Below are positions 1 to 8,824 of a stretch of 29,768 bases of DNA, piece after piece. Where the stretch lies: the NCBI GenBank assembly GCA_947629195.1, contig CANRCS010000001.1, positions 1 through 29,768 on the forward strand. The letters are read 5' to 3'. How positions within the stretch are numbered: position 1 is the first letter of the stretch; each line of letters begins with the position of its first letter. The notes below the pieces were generated by a model, which was not told the DNA's origin, searched no databases, and worked only from the letters and a program-made list of their open reading frames with translations. This DNA comes from an uncultured Bacilli bacterium (GTDB taxonomy: Bacteria; Bacillota_I; Bacilli_A; RF39; UBA660). The position numbers were made by a program, and so were the translations under genes.

Positions 1-121
1 TTCACATCATTTTTAACCTTATAATTTTATAACATTTTACTTTGCCATTTTTCTAACATTTTATCTTGACATTTATACTTCCCTAAAAAGTCATAAATAT
101 ATACAAAAATTTTAAAAATTC

Positions 122-151
122 TTGCAAATAAAAATAGTTGTATGCTATACT
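122..151 (+). promoter_or_regulatory. sigma-A-type promoter for the first operon
   Basis: TTGCAA (122-127), 18-bp spacer, TG-c-TATACT (extended -10, 143-151). Confidence 0.6.
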
Positions 152-188
152 TATCTTATAAATATATAATAATTTGGAGCTGATAAGA

Positions 189-833
189 ATGAATAAAAAA
201 ATTTTTATAGTCAGTATTATAGTTATGATGATATTTATACCAATAAAAATCTATGCAGATACTTGTTCTGCTGATATTCAAAATGAATACTATAACAAAA
301 TAAATAATATTAAATATAGTATTGATTATGTAGAAAATAATGATTATAACATTACATTTTATAATATACCAGAGAATATACAGATATATAATGATTATGG
401 AATATTAGTAAATAAAAACTCTGAAAGTGAAATAACATCCAGTTCATACGAAGGTGGGAAAAATTATACTTTTAATTTTTATATACAAAATTTATCATGT
501 GATATGAGTATAAAGTTTCAAAAGAATATTTATATTACAAAATATAATTTATATTCAGAAAGAGAAGAATGTAAATTAGAAGAAAATGCAGATTTTAAAC
601 TATGTAATCCAGAGTATCAGGGAACAATTACAGATGAATCATTTGAAAGAGAATTAAATAAATATACGGATGAGCTAAATAAAGATGTAGAAGAAGAGCC
701 AGTAGAGGTTAGCGAAAATAATAATAATAATTATTATTTATACTATATAATAGGTGGTATATCATTAATTTTAATAATAATGGTAATCATTATTATTAGT
801 AAAAGTAGGAAGAAGGCAAAAAGATTAATATGA
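189..833 (+). CDS. Secreted, C-terminally membrane-anchored hypothetical protein with 4 Cys
   Basis: The ORF track starts at TTG 174, but SD GGAG (176-179) fits ATG 189 better. Signal peptide MNKKIFIVSII...IKIYA|DTC; C-terminal TM followed by the basic tail KSRKKAKR. Stop overlaps the next start (ATGA 830-833). Confidence 0.8.
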   Translation: MNKKIFIVSIIVMMIFIPIKIYADTCSADIQNEYYNKINNIKYSIDYVENNDYNITFYNIPENIQIYNDYGILVNKNSESEITSSSYEGGKNYTFNFYIQNLSCDMSIKFQKNIYITKYNLYSEREECKLEENADFKLCNPEYQGTITDESFERELNKYTDELNKDVEEEPVEVSENNNNNYYLYYIIGGISLILIIMVIIIISKSRKKAKRLI

Positions 834-3800
834 GAGAAAAAAAGATTAAATATTCTTTTGTTATCGGAGCAATAGCGGTTTCGTTTTTGCTTGGAATTAA
901 AAATATATATGCAGGATACGCTGGCGATACAAACAGAACAGAAAAAGTCGAAGAATTTTCATGTTATAAAGGTCAAACTTCAGGATGTAGCAAAAAAAAT
1001 GGTTACGATGGCGGTGCAGATAACATAATATATTCTGTAGGAACTAGCAATGATCCAGCAATTAATGATTTTTATAGAAACCCAAGCAATGCTTATGACG
1101 AAAATATAGTACAATGTCAAGATGAAAGTACGCCAACAATAGAAGGTATGTATTCTTGTATAGAATCATCTCTTCATGATGGTGTGGCAAGTAAAAATAG
1201 AAATTTCAACAAAGTATATGGAGATAAAGCAATTGTGGTTGCAGCAGAAAAAAGAATATATTTTTACGATGCTGGTAGAGTAGATGTATGGGGATATGGT
1301 GATACAAATTCGACACCTACATTTGGCGCTACAAACTACTATGCTAATAACTTTGGTGGTCAGTTTGCTACTAATGGTAATAATGTGTTTACATTTCCTG
1401 GAATGTATCTTAAATATAAGGTTAATAATCCTAAAATACCATCTGAAGTTAAAAATACATTAGCTAGATATATTAAAAAGGATGCAAGTGCAACATTAAG
1501 TGATGAAGAAGTATCTAACTATGGCTTAAAACTAGTATCAGTAAGTGAAATAAATGATTATGGAAGTGCTCCAGCAAAGGAAGCTTTCGGCGGATCAGAT
1601 GATAGCACAGTAGATTTTTGGACAAAATGGCAAGTTGATCCGAGTAAACTAACTATAAAAGAAACTGAAACTGGCAAAGCGAATATGAACTATGAAGTTA
1701 CAATCGACTCTCTTACAACAGCAGGAGGGCCAAAATCTAAAATTGAGGGACATGAGGATATAAGGCTTGGTTATTGGTCTTCAATAAGACCTGCATTTTC
1801 TAAGTATAATATTGGGGAAACTCCAAGTAGTGAAATAGTATATCATTATTGGGTACCATATTTAGCGATATTTGAGTTTGAACCTCCTCATACTATAGAC
1901 TGCAATAATGCAGATGATGCCTATGCATATCCTAACACATGTTGTTGGGAATTTCCTGAAACATGTTGTACCAGTGCGGGTAACGCAGAAAAAAATGTAC
2001 CATCTATAAAAGAAGTATATGATAATTCAAATGAGGAAGTGAAAAAGAAAATAGAAAATACATGTTGTACTAATGAACCAACAATAAAATTTAATACTTA
2101 TACTCTTCCAACTTTTAATTCGTTAGATAAAAAAGAAGAATTTTTAGATAATTTCCCAGGTAAAATATGTCCAGCGTGTAGTTGGACCCCTAATTCTGAC
2201 AGATATTGTTGCAATGAACCTCCATATAAAGGTAGCTCTTATTGCCCTTCTGATGAAGAAACTGATAAATATTGTGAAGATAATGATTATTTTAATAAAC
2301 ATAAAGATATTTGTTGTCAAAAGGATAAGTATAAAAATGATACTACTAAATGTCCGCGTCCTTCTGACTCATGTGATGATGAAGAATTTTTTAACAATAA
2401 TAAAACAATGTGTTGCCAACAGGATAAATATAAAAATGATACTACTAAATGTCCAGTTCCTACTGAATCATGTGATGATAATAAATTTTTTGAGACCAAC
2501 AAAAATATATGTTGTAAGCTAGAAAAATATGTTAATGATGCTAGATGTATCTCTAAAACAAATGCTTGTACTGATGAAACATACTTTGAGGGACATAAAA
2601 GTACTTGTTGTAGTGATTTTAGTAAAGATCCGAATTCTAGTTTATGGAAAACAAATGCTTGGCAATGTTGTAATGAAGAAGATATTACGAATGAAGCAAA
2701 AGCAACATGTGATATTCCTTACGTAGAACCTAAAAATCAATCATGTGATAAAGATAATAGCTTTGATTTAAAAACAACCATTAATGGCAAAAATAGTTTT
2801 ACAGAAACATTATCAATATCAGCGGTTGATCCATATAAAAATGGCAGCGATAATGCTAAACCGAAAGTTTCTGCAGGTCAAGGGTTTAAATATGATATAC
2901 ATGTAAAAGATAAAATAGTACTAGATAGCAATTCTACTTATCCTAAAGGTACTGCTAATATGAATTGTAATTCTGTTTCATCTGCTTTTGAAACATATAA
3001 TAAATCAATAGAAGATGCTCTTAAAAAGATTAAAGCTGATGCAATTAGAAAACAAATAATATATTTTAAAGAAGATGGTTCAACTGAAAGTAATTATAAA
3101 TTTAAGTATGTTTATAGAGAAGCAGGCAAAGAAAATGAATTAATAGATTCTATAAATTCCAAAAAAGTAAATGTAAAGAAAGAAAATACAAGTGTTGCTT
3201 GTATAGATTATTATTATAATCCGTATTCTGGTATAAATGTTCCTTACAATTCGTCGACTAATGTTACAATATATAAACCTGAAATAACAATTGATATTGA
3301 TTATGATATGACTTTGCCAACATATTATATATCAAATAATTCCAATATTAATGATGAAACAGAACATACCATTTCGGATAAAAATAGTCCACTTTATATA
3401 AATGGAGGAAATCAGTTTTATACTAATGTTTATGATAAAACTCTTAAAAATGGTGAAAATGCTAGAGGTACATATTGGAAAGGATTTAGTATACAGGTTG
3501 AAAATGGTGGTATTACAGTTGATAATGAGGGCGATGAGACAGGAAGACTTAAAACAACAGATAGTAATAAATATACATGTTCCTATAGAATTTCAAAATG
3601 TTTAACAGAAGGATCTTGTCCAAAAGATGACAATAATACTCGCTTTCCATCAAGCTCTGTTAGTGATGCTAAAGAAGATTATTATTCAAGGCCTATATCG
3701 TTAACTACACCGTTCCCAAATTTAAGAGAATCTGGTCCTAACTGGAATGGAACAGCTAAGAATGGTACATTTGATTTACCTACTACATATATTACAAGTG

Positions 3801-4105
3801 GTACACCAACAAATCCAAAAGGAGATAAAGTGTATTCAAAAGCAATGTATTCAATTAAATTAACACCAGAACTTATAAATAATATAAAAAAATATAATAA
3901 TTCACAAAATGACCATGGTGGATATCTTGATTGGGAAATGACATCGTATGATGATTATAAGAGAACGAGCAAGTTTTTAAGCTGTTTAAACGGTACTACT
4001 TCGGATTGTACTACAAACATGAGAAGTGCTGGTTTAAATGCTAAAAAAACATTAAATATAACATTAAGCGATGAAGCAAGAAAAAATAAAATTGGAGAAT
4101 TTTAA
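830..4105 (+). CDS. Large secreted Cys-rich repeat protein (1091 aa), candidate pilus-associated adhesin
   Basis: N-terminal signal peptide (MREKKIKYSFVIGAIAVSFLLGIKNIYA), no C-terminal anchor, central region with 9 CC pairs. Translationally coupled to the upstream gene and upstream of the Tad genes. The function is inferred. Confidence 0.75.
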   Translation: MREKKIKYSFVIGAIAVSFLLGIKNIYAGYAGDTNRTEKVEEFSCYKGQTSGCSKKNGYDGGADNIIYSVGTSNDPAINDFYRNPSNAYDENIVQCQDESTPTIEGMYSCIESSLHDGVASKNRNFNKVYGDKAIVVAAEKRIYFYDAGRVDVWGYGDTNSTPTFGATNYYANNFGGQFATNGNNVFTFPGMYLKYKVNNPKIPSEVKNTLARYIKKDASATLSDEEVSNYGLKLVSVSEINDYGSAPAKEAFGGSDDSTVDFWTKWQVDPSKLTIKETETGKANMNYEVTIDSLTTAGGPKSKIEGHEDIRLGYWSSIRPAFSKYNIGETPSSEIVYHYWVPYLAIFEFEPPHTIDCNNADDAYAYPNTCCWEFPETCCTSAGNAEKNVPSIKEVYDNSNEEVKKKIENTCCTNEPTIKFNTYTLPTFNSLDKKEEFLDNFPGKICPACSWTPNSDRYCCNEPPYKGSSYCPSDEETDKYCEDNDYFNKHKDICCQKDKYKNDTTKCPRPSDSCDDEEFFNNNKTMCCQQDKYKNDTTKCPVPTESCDDNKFFETNKNICCKLEKYVNDARCISKTNACTDETYFEGHKSTCCSDFSKDPNSSLWKTNAWQCCNEEDITNEAKATCDIPYVEPKNQSCDKDNSFDLKTTINGKNSFTETLSISAVDPYKNGSDNAKPKVSAGQGFKYDIHVKDKIVLDSNSTYPKGTANMNCNSVSSAFETYNKSIEDALKKIKADAIRKQIIYFKEDGSTESNYKFKYVYREAGKENELIDSINSKKVNVKKENTSVACIDYYYNPYSGINVPYNSSTNVTIYKPEITIDIDYDMTLPTYYISNNSNINDETEHTISDKNSPLYINGGNQFYTNVYDKTLKNGENARGTYWKGFSIQVENGGITVDNEGDETGRLKTTDSNKYTCSYRISKCLTEGSCPKDDNNTRFPSSSVSDAKEDYYSRPISLTTPFPNLRESGPNWNGTAKNGTFDLPTTYITSGTPTNPKGDKVYSKAMYSIKLTPELINNIKKYNNSQNDHGGYLDWEMTSYDDYKRTSKFLSCLNGTTSDCTTNMRSAGLNAKKTLNITLSDEARKNKIGEF
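2270..2617 (+). repeat. Coding tandem repeat, ~99-bp/33-aa unit, about 3.5 copies
   Basis: AGGATAA(G/A)TATAAAAATGATACTACTAAATGTCC recurs at 2322 and 2421. Protein units: YCEDNDYFNKHKDICCQKDKYKNDTTKCP / SCDDEEFFNNNKTMCCQQDKYKNDTTKCP / SCDDNKFFETNKNICCKLEKYVNDARC / ACTDETYFEGHKSTCC. Confidence 0.9.
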
Positions 4106-4119
4106 GTAGAGGTGATTAG

Positions 4120-4542
4120 ATGCAGACATCATTTTGGGGATATTTTATAATAGTAACTGGTATAGTTGGAATAAGCATTTTACTTTTATTTCAAGATATA
4201 ACAAATACTGATGAACAAAATTATTATTTAATAAAAGAAATTACCGAATCATCAATGATTGATTCTATCGATATAGCATATTATAGAAAAGAAGGCGGAC
4301 TAGCTATTGATAAAGAAAAGTTTGTAGAGACTTTTATAAGACGATTTTCTGAAAGTGCTTCTATGATGAGATCATACGACGTAAAATTTCATGATATTGT
4401 TGAAATGCCACCAAAAGTTAGCTTAAGCGTTGGTTCTAAAAGTCAGATATTTAACTTTACTGGTGATGATTTTGATATATATAATAAATTAGATACTATT
4501 TTAGAAACAGAACATATTGAAAATAAATTTGCTACTAGTTAA
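4120..4542 (+). CDS. Single N-terminal TM protein, pseudopilin-like (resembles DUF5411 family)
   Basis: SD GAGGTG 4109-4114; hydrophobic N-terminus WGYFIIVTGIVGISILLLF followed by QNYYLIKEITESSMIDSID...KEKFVETFIRRF. The family match is from memory only. Confidence 0.55.
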   Translation: MQTSFWGYFIIVTGIVGISILLLFQDITNTDEQNYYLIKEITESSMIDSIDIAYYRKEGGLAIDKEKFVETFIRRFSESASMMRSYDVKFHDIVEMPPKVSLSVGSKSQIFNFTGDDFDIYNKLDTILETEHIENKFATS

Positions 4543-4573
4543 ATAGATTCTTTATAGATAAGAATCTATTTTA
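4541..4573 (+). terminator. Intrinsic terminator
   Basis: Perfect 12-bp inverted repeat AAATAGATTCTT (4541-4552) / AAGAATCTATTT (4560-4571), 7-nt loop, directly after the stop codon. Confidence 0.7.
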
Positions 4574-4652
4574 ACTATATTCTAATACGATTATTTATGG
4601 TTAAAATAAAATTAAAAAATTTAAAAAAAATATCGTATTATTAAAATAAATG

Positions 4653-4661
4653 TGATATAAT
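4653..4661 (+). promoter_or_regulatory. Extended -10 promoter for the cpaB-cpaF-tadB-tadC operon
   Basis: TG-a-TATAAT; no good -35; SD GGGAGG before ATG 4690. Confidence 0.55.
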
Positions 4662-4689
4662 GACTGTATTATGATAGGGAGGATATATT

Positions 4690-5619
4690 ATGAATAATTT
4701 TGCTGGTTCATTAAAAAAAATAATAACAAATAGAAATACAGTAACAATTATAGGGACTTTGGTTGGAATATTAATACTTTATTTTGGATATACGTGGAGA
4801 ATCAATCAACAAGTTGATACTGTTAGTGTTCTTGTTGCTAATCAAAATATACAACCTAGAACAAAAATAACAGAAGACATGGTTGAAACAGTTGAAATTG
4901 CAAGAGTTATGTATGATAAAATGATGGATTCAAACAGTAATGCAGCTGTCTTAAGAACTTCAACAGAATTAAAAACTGCATTTGTTGATGGTGCGTATTC
5001 AAATATTAATGCACTTATTCCAAAAGGAAGCGTTTTAATCAAGAATACAAATGTTGTTGATTATAATAAAATACCATCTTCTGTATTAACAAAAATTGAA
5101 GAAGGACAAATACCATATGCATTTTCAATTAACTATTCTGATACATATGGTAATGCCATAATGGATGGTATGTATGTTAATATATATATGAGAGCAACAT
5201 CTGATGATGGTAAAACAATGTTTGGAAAATTTTTAGGAGATGTTAAAGTATTAGCAGTATTAGACTCTAGTGGTAGAGATGTATTTGAAAACACTGAAGA
5301 AAGCAGAACACCATCAACATTTATATTTAGCGTTGATGAAGAATATCACTTATTACTTAGAAAAGCAAAATATCTAGGTATAGAATTAGTTCCTGTACCA
5401 GTAACAGAATCAGTTACTGATGCTGATTATAAAGGTGATATTCAAATAACAAGTTCATATTTAAAAGATTATATTGAACAAAAAACTGTAAATGTTCCAG
5501 AAGATCAATTACCTGAAACAACTGATAAAGATAAAAATACATCTAGTAGTAAATCAAACAGTTCATCATCTAAAAATAGTACTACAAAAAATAATAGTAC
5601 AACTAATAATGGTGAATAA
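4690..5619 (+). CDS. cpaB: Flp pilus assembly protein CpaB/RcpC-like (SAF domain)
   Basis: N-terminal TM, SAF-like VLVANQNIQPRTKITEDMVETVEI, RcpC-like C-terminal part (GDVKVLAV...TFIFSV), S/N/K/T low-complexity tail; lies directly before cpaF. Confidence 0.75.
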   Translation: MNNFAGSLKKIITNRNTVTIIGTLVGILILYFGYTWRINQQVDTVSVLVANQNIQPRTKITEDMVETVEIARVMYDKMMDSNSNAAVLRTSTELKTAFVDGAYSNINALIPKGSVLIKNTNVVDYNKIPSSVLTKIEEGQIPYAFSINYSDTYGNAIMDGMYVNIYMRATSDDGKTMFGKFLGDVKVLAVLDSSGRDVFENTEESRTPSTFIFSVDEEYHLLLRKAKYLGIELVPVPVTESVTDADYKGDIQITSSYLKDYIEQKTVNVPEDQLPETTDKDKNTSSSKSNSSSSKNSTTKNNSTTNNGE

Positions 5620-5621
5620 AA

Positions 5622-6707
5622 ATGGATGATAATGTATTTGAACATATAGATTTTGGACCATTACAAACTTATTTAGATGATGACGATATAACTGACGTTT
5701 CTTATAGTAATGGTGGACAATTATGGTTAAAGTCATTAACAAAAGGTGTTTATAGAGTTGAAAATACAGAAGTAAACAATGCGCTTATTGAAAAATTAGC
5801 TTTTCAATGTGCGAATGCAATGGGTAAAACATTTAATATGGCAGAACCATTTCTTGATGCTGAAGGTACCGAATTACGTCTTAATTTCATTCATGATTCA
5901 ATTGCAAAGAATGGAATTGCAGTAGTTTTAAGAAAGACACCAGCAAAAATAAGACTTAATAAAGATAAACTCATGAAGGAAAATTATGTAACTATGGACG
6001 TACATGACTTTCTTATTGAATGTGTACACGGACATTGTAACATAATCGTAAGTGGTGAAACTGGTTCAGGTAAAACAGAATTTATTAAATATCTTGCATC
6101 TCATACATATGAAAATGAAAAAATAATCACAATAGAAGATACCCTAGAACTTCACTTAGATAGAATATTCCCCCATAGAGATATTGTAGCAATGAAAACA
6201 AATAACATAGCATCATATTCAGATGTTCTTGTTACATGTATGAGACAAAATCCAAAATGGATATTACTATCGGAAGTCAGAAGTGCAGAAGCTGTTATGG
6301 CAGTAAGAAACTCTATTTCTTCTGGACATAATATCTTATCAACAATTCACTCTGATAAAGCAGAATCAATTCCAAGTCGTATGTTCAGCTTACTGGAATC
6401 TAACCAAGATATCGAACAATTTTTAATTTCAATACACAGATACGTACAATTAGGTATACATATTAGAGGATATTTTTCTAAACAATATAATAGATTTCAA
6501 AGAGAAATAGTAGAAGTTACAGAGTTTTTTGTTACAGAAGATAATAAACCAGGACATCATACTATTTATAAAAAAACATCTGATGGTAGAATTTTTAGAA
6601 GTAATCCTACAAAATATCTAATTAACTATTTAGATATCCAAGGTATTACATTACCAGATTCTGTAATGGTAAAAGAACAAGAAGATGAAGAAGAAATAAT
6701 AATGTAA
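5622..6707 (+). CDS. cpaF: CpaF/TadA/VirB11-family secretion ATPase
   Basis: Walker A GETGSGKT, Asp box TIEDTLEL, Walker B ILLSEVR after MRQNP, His box STIHS. Confidence 0.92.
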   Translation: MDDNVFEHIDFGPLQTYLDDDDITDVSYSNGGQLWLKSLTKGVYRVENTEVNNALIEKLAFQCANAMGKTFNMAEPFLDAEGTELRLNFIHDSIAKNGIAVVLRKTPAKIRLNKDKLMKENYVTMDVHDFLIECVHGHCNIIVSGETGSGKTEFIKYLASHTYENEKIITIEDTLELHLDRIFPHRDIVAMKTNNIASYSDVLVTCMRQNPKWILLSEVRSAEAVMAVRNSISSGHNILSTIHSDKAESIPSRMFSLLESNQDIEQFLISIHRYVQLGIHIRGYFSKQYNRFQREIVEVTEFFVTEDNKPGHHTIYKKTSDGRIFRSNPTKYLINYLDIQGITLPDSVMVKEQEDEEEIIM

Positions 6708-6720
6708 AGTAGGTGATTTT

Positions 6721-7623
6721 GTGGATATACTAATATTTGGAGCCATTGCATTTATAGCAGTATTCATAATAACATATAGAGCAAAAAAAGGTGAAAAACT
6801 ATATAAATATGTAACAACTCAATTAAATGTAGTCTATGAAAAAATTGCTCCTTATTCTTACAAAGAAATACGTAAAAAGGTAAAAGATTTAAAAGCTGAT
6901 TTTACGCCAAGACAGTATCTTACACAAGTTATTTTATTTGCAGGTATTGCAGGTGGAATCACGTATTTATATTTTTATAGCATTATATGGTCTATAATAT
7001 ACGCAATTGTAGCCGTATGTTTTATTCCATATCTTACTTATATGAGATATAAAAGGGTGTATAGTGAATTTCTATTTGAGCAAGTTCAAGTATACGCTAC
7101 TAATACTATAATGGAATACCAAACAACTAAATCATTTGTTAAAGCACTTGAAGGTGTAGCTGACTCTGGGGTTTTAGAAGAACCTATGCTCAGTGATGTT
7201 AGAACTATGATTAAGATGTCATATGATGCAGGACAAATTGATGATTCAATAAAATTTATGAATGAAAAATATCCATATCATATAGTTAAAAATATGCATC
7301 AATTATTTTTACAAGTAACTAAAGAAGGTGCTCATGATATAACTGGATCACTTGATAATATGTCTCTTGATATAGACACCTTAGTTGAAGGAGTTTATCG
7401 TGATAGACTAGATAGACAACAATTTCATAAACAATTTATTACATATGGATTAATGTTATTTTTGCTTGTCGCCATTATCCAATTATTACTAGGTGTTGAT
7501 TCATATCTTGAGATGATAAAAGTATGGTATGTACAAGTAGTATTACACGGTATTTTACTATTTAATAGTTTCTTTTTACTAAATGGTGAAAAATATTATA
7601 ATGAGAATGTAGGTGCTGAATAA
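6721..7623 (+). CDS. tadB: TadB-like inner-membrane platform protein
   Basis: GTG start with SD AGGTGA; T2SSF-like topology of TM clusters flanking a helical domain; position after cpaF. Confidence 0.65.
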   Translation: MDILIFGAIAFIAVFIITYRAKKGEKLYKYVTTQLNVVYEKIAPYSYKEIRKKVKDLKADFTPRQYLTQVILFAGIAGGITYLYFYSIIWSIIYAIVAVCFIPYLTYMRYKRVYSEFLFEQVQVYATNTIMEYQTTKSFVKALEGVADSGVLEEPMLSDVRTMIKMSYDAGQIDDSIKFMNEKYPYHIVKNMHQLFLQVTKEGAHDITGSLDNMSLDIDTLVEGVYRDRLDRQQFHKQFITYGLMLFLLVAIIQLLLGVDSYLEMIKVWYVQVVLHGILLFNSFFLLNGEKYYNENVGAE

Positions 7624-8408
7624 TGTGGGAAATAGTTATTGTTGCAGTAATAATATTTGTTATATTATTCATAAACGGATCAGTTGATACTAATCAATTT
7701 TTTAAAGATAATGAAGCATATGTAAAACTATTAAAAGAAAAAGATTATGACTTTTTAGTTATGGCAAAATACGGTGATGATGTAGACGTAAATAGACTAT
7801 TTAATAAAAGAATTAAAAACGCAGTAATAATTTTTGGATTATTGATGATCTTCTTTATTACTAATCTGTCGTTTTTAAATATATTAATATGTCTTCTAGC
7901 AGCAGGATACGTATTCAAATCACAATATATAAATTTAAGAAGCTATTATAAAAAACATCTACATGATATTGATTTAATGCTTCCATATTACTTAAAATCA
8001 ATCGAAGTATTAGTTCAACACTATACAGTACCAGTTGCATTAGCAAAATCAGTAGATGATGCTCCAGATATGTTTAAGCCAGGACTTAAAGTTTTACTTG
8101 AAAGAATAGAATCCGGTGATTCTTCAATTGATCCATATATGGAATTTGCTCAAACATATCCCGTAAGAGACTCTATGCGTATGATGAGACTTCTATATAG
8201 ACTTGGACTTGGTATTCAAGAAAATAAAGAAGAGCAATTGTTATTACTTTCTAAAACAGTTTCATCGTTACAAAATAAAGCTCGTGAACAAAAATATAAA
8301 GAACGTTTAGAAAAAATGCAAAACAAAACAATGATAATGCTTGGAGTTACAGGAGTTGGTGTAGCAATATTACTAATTGTCGCAATGCTTCAAATGATGA
8401 ATGTGTAA
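7623..8408 (+). CDS. tadC: TadC-like inner-membrane platform protein
   Basis: TAATG 1-bp overlap with tadB; T2SSF-like LPYYLKSIEVLVQHYTVPVALAKS segment; C-terminal TM. Confidence 0.65.
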   Translation: MWEIVIVAVIIFVILFINGSVDTNQFFKDNEAYVKLLKEKDYDFLVMAKYGDDVDVNRLFNKRIKNAVIIFGLLMIFFITNLSFLNILICLLAAGYVFKSQYINLRSYYKKHLHDIDLMLPYYLKSIEVLVQHYTVPVALAKSVDDAPDMFKPGLKVLLERIESGDSSIDPYMEFAQTYPVRDSMRMMRLLYRLGLGIQENKEEQLLLLSKTVSSLQNKAREQKYKERLEKMQNKTMIMLGVTGVGVAILLIVAMLQMMNV

Positions 8409-8446
8409 AAAAATAAATATTAGAATGTAAAGTGTATAAAAAAATA

Positions 8447-8480
8447 TTGAAAATTTATAATAAATAATGTAGAATATAAT
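8447..8480 (+). promoter_or_regulatory. sigma-A promoter dedicated to the pilin gene
   Basis: TTGAAA (8447-8452), 17 bp, TAGAAT (8470-8475); a second TATAAT at 8475-8480. Confidence 0.6.
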
Positions 8481-8508
8481 TGATAATAAAGAGAGGATAT
8501 GATAATTT

Positions 8509-8763
8509 ATGAAAGAAGCCACAGGTGAATTAAACATAACAGTAATAACTATTATAGCAATAGCAGCAGTTGCAGGATTATTTTATGCATTTGTTTGGCC
8601 ATCAATAAAACATTCATTAAATGCAAATACTTGTAAATCTTTTGGGGCAGATTATGCTTATAATAAATCTCTACAACAATGTTGCAAGGATGAAGCAAAT
8701 GCTGGTGGATATACAGCAGTAACTACAAATTGTATACCAATAGATGACAGTGATTTGGATTAA
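8509..8763 (+). CDS. Small Flp-like major pilin candidate (84 aa)
   Basis: Short leader MKEATG followed by hydrophobic helix ELNITVITIIAIAAVAGLFYAFVWP; small 4-Cys C-terminal head; own promoter directly after tadC. Confidence 0.6.
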   Translation: MKEATGELNITVITIIAIAAVAGLFYAFVWPSIKHSLNANTCKSFGADYAYNKSLQQCCKDEANAGGYTAVTTNCIPIDDSDLD

Positions 8764-8774
8764 ATAACGAATAA

Positions 8775-8804
8775 AATGTAGTTGAAAAATATCCTAACTA
8801 CATT
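8775..8804 (+). other. Intergenic hairpin between pilin and minor pilin (possible partial terminator or mRNA stabiliser)
   Basis: AATGTAGTT / AACTACATT 9-bp inverted repeat, 12-nt loop, no strong U tract. Confidence 0.4.
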
Positions 8805-8824
8805 ATATAAGGAGTTGAAATAAT

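Noticed and set aside
1-120. Possible divergent gene start or promoter at the left edge, and TTGACA at 66-71
   Set aside because: The visible minus-strand ATGs run straight into TGA, and the TTGACA has no properly spaced -10. It cannot be evaluated without upstream sequence.
2270-2617. 99-bp periodic repeat considered as a CRISPR array or DGR template/variable repeat
   Set aside because: In frame and protein-coding, with degenerate units and no unique spacers; no cas or reverse transcriptase gene in the window.
2214-3605. Alternative-frame ORFs within the large Cys-rich gene (2214-2522, 2317-2502, 2529-2726, 3402-3605)
   Set aside because: Shadow ORFs with no SD and I/L/K-biased translations typical of off-frame AT-rich DNA, fully inside a coherent long CDS.
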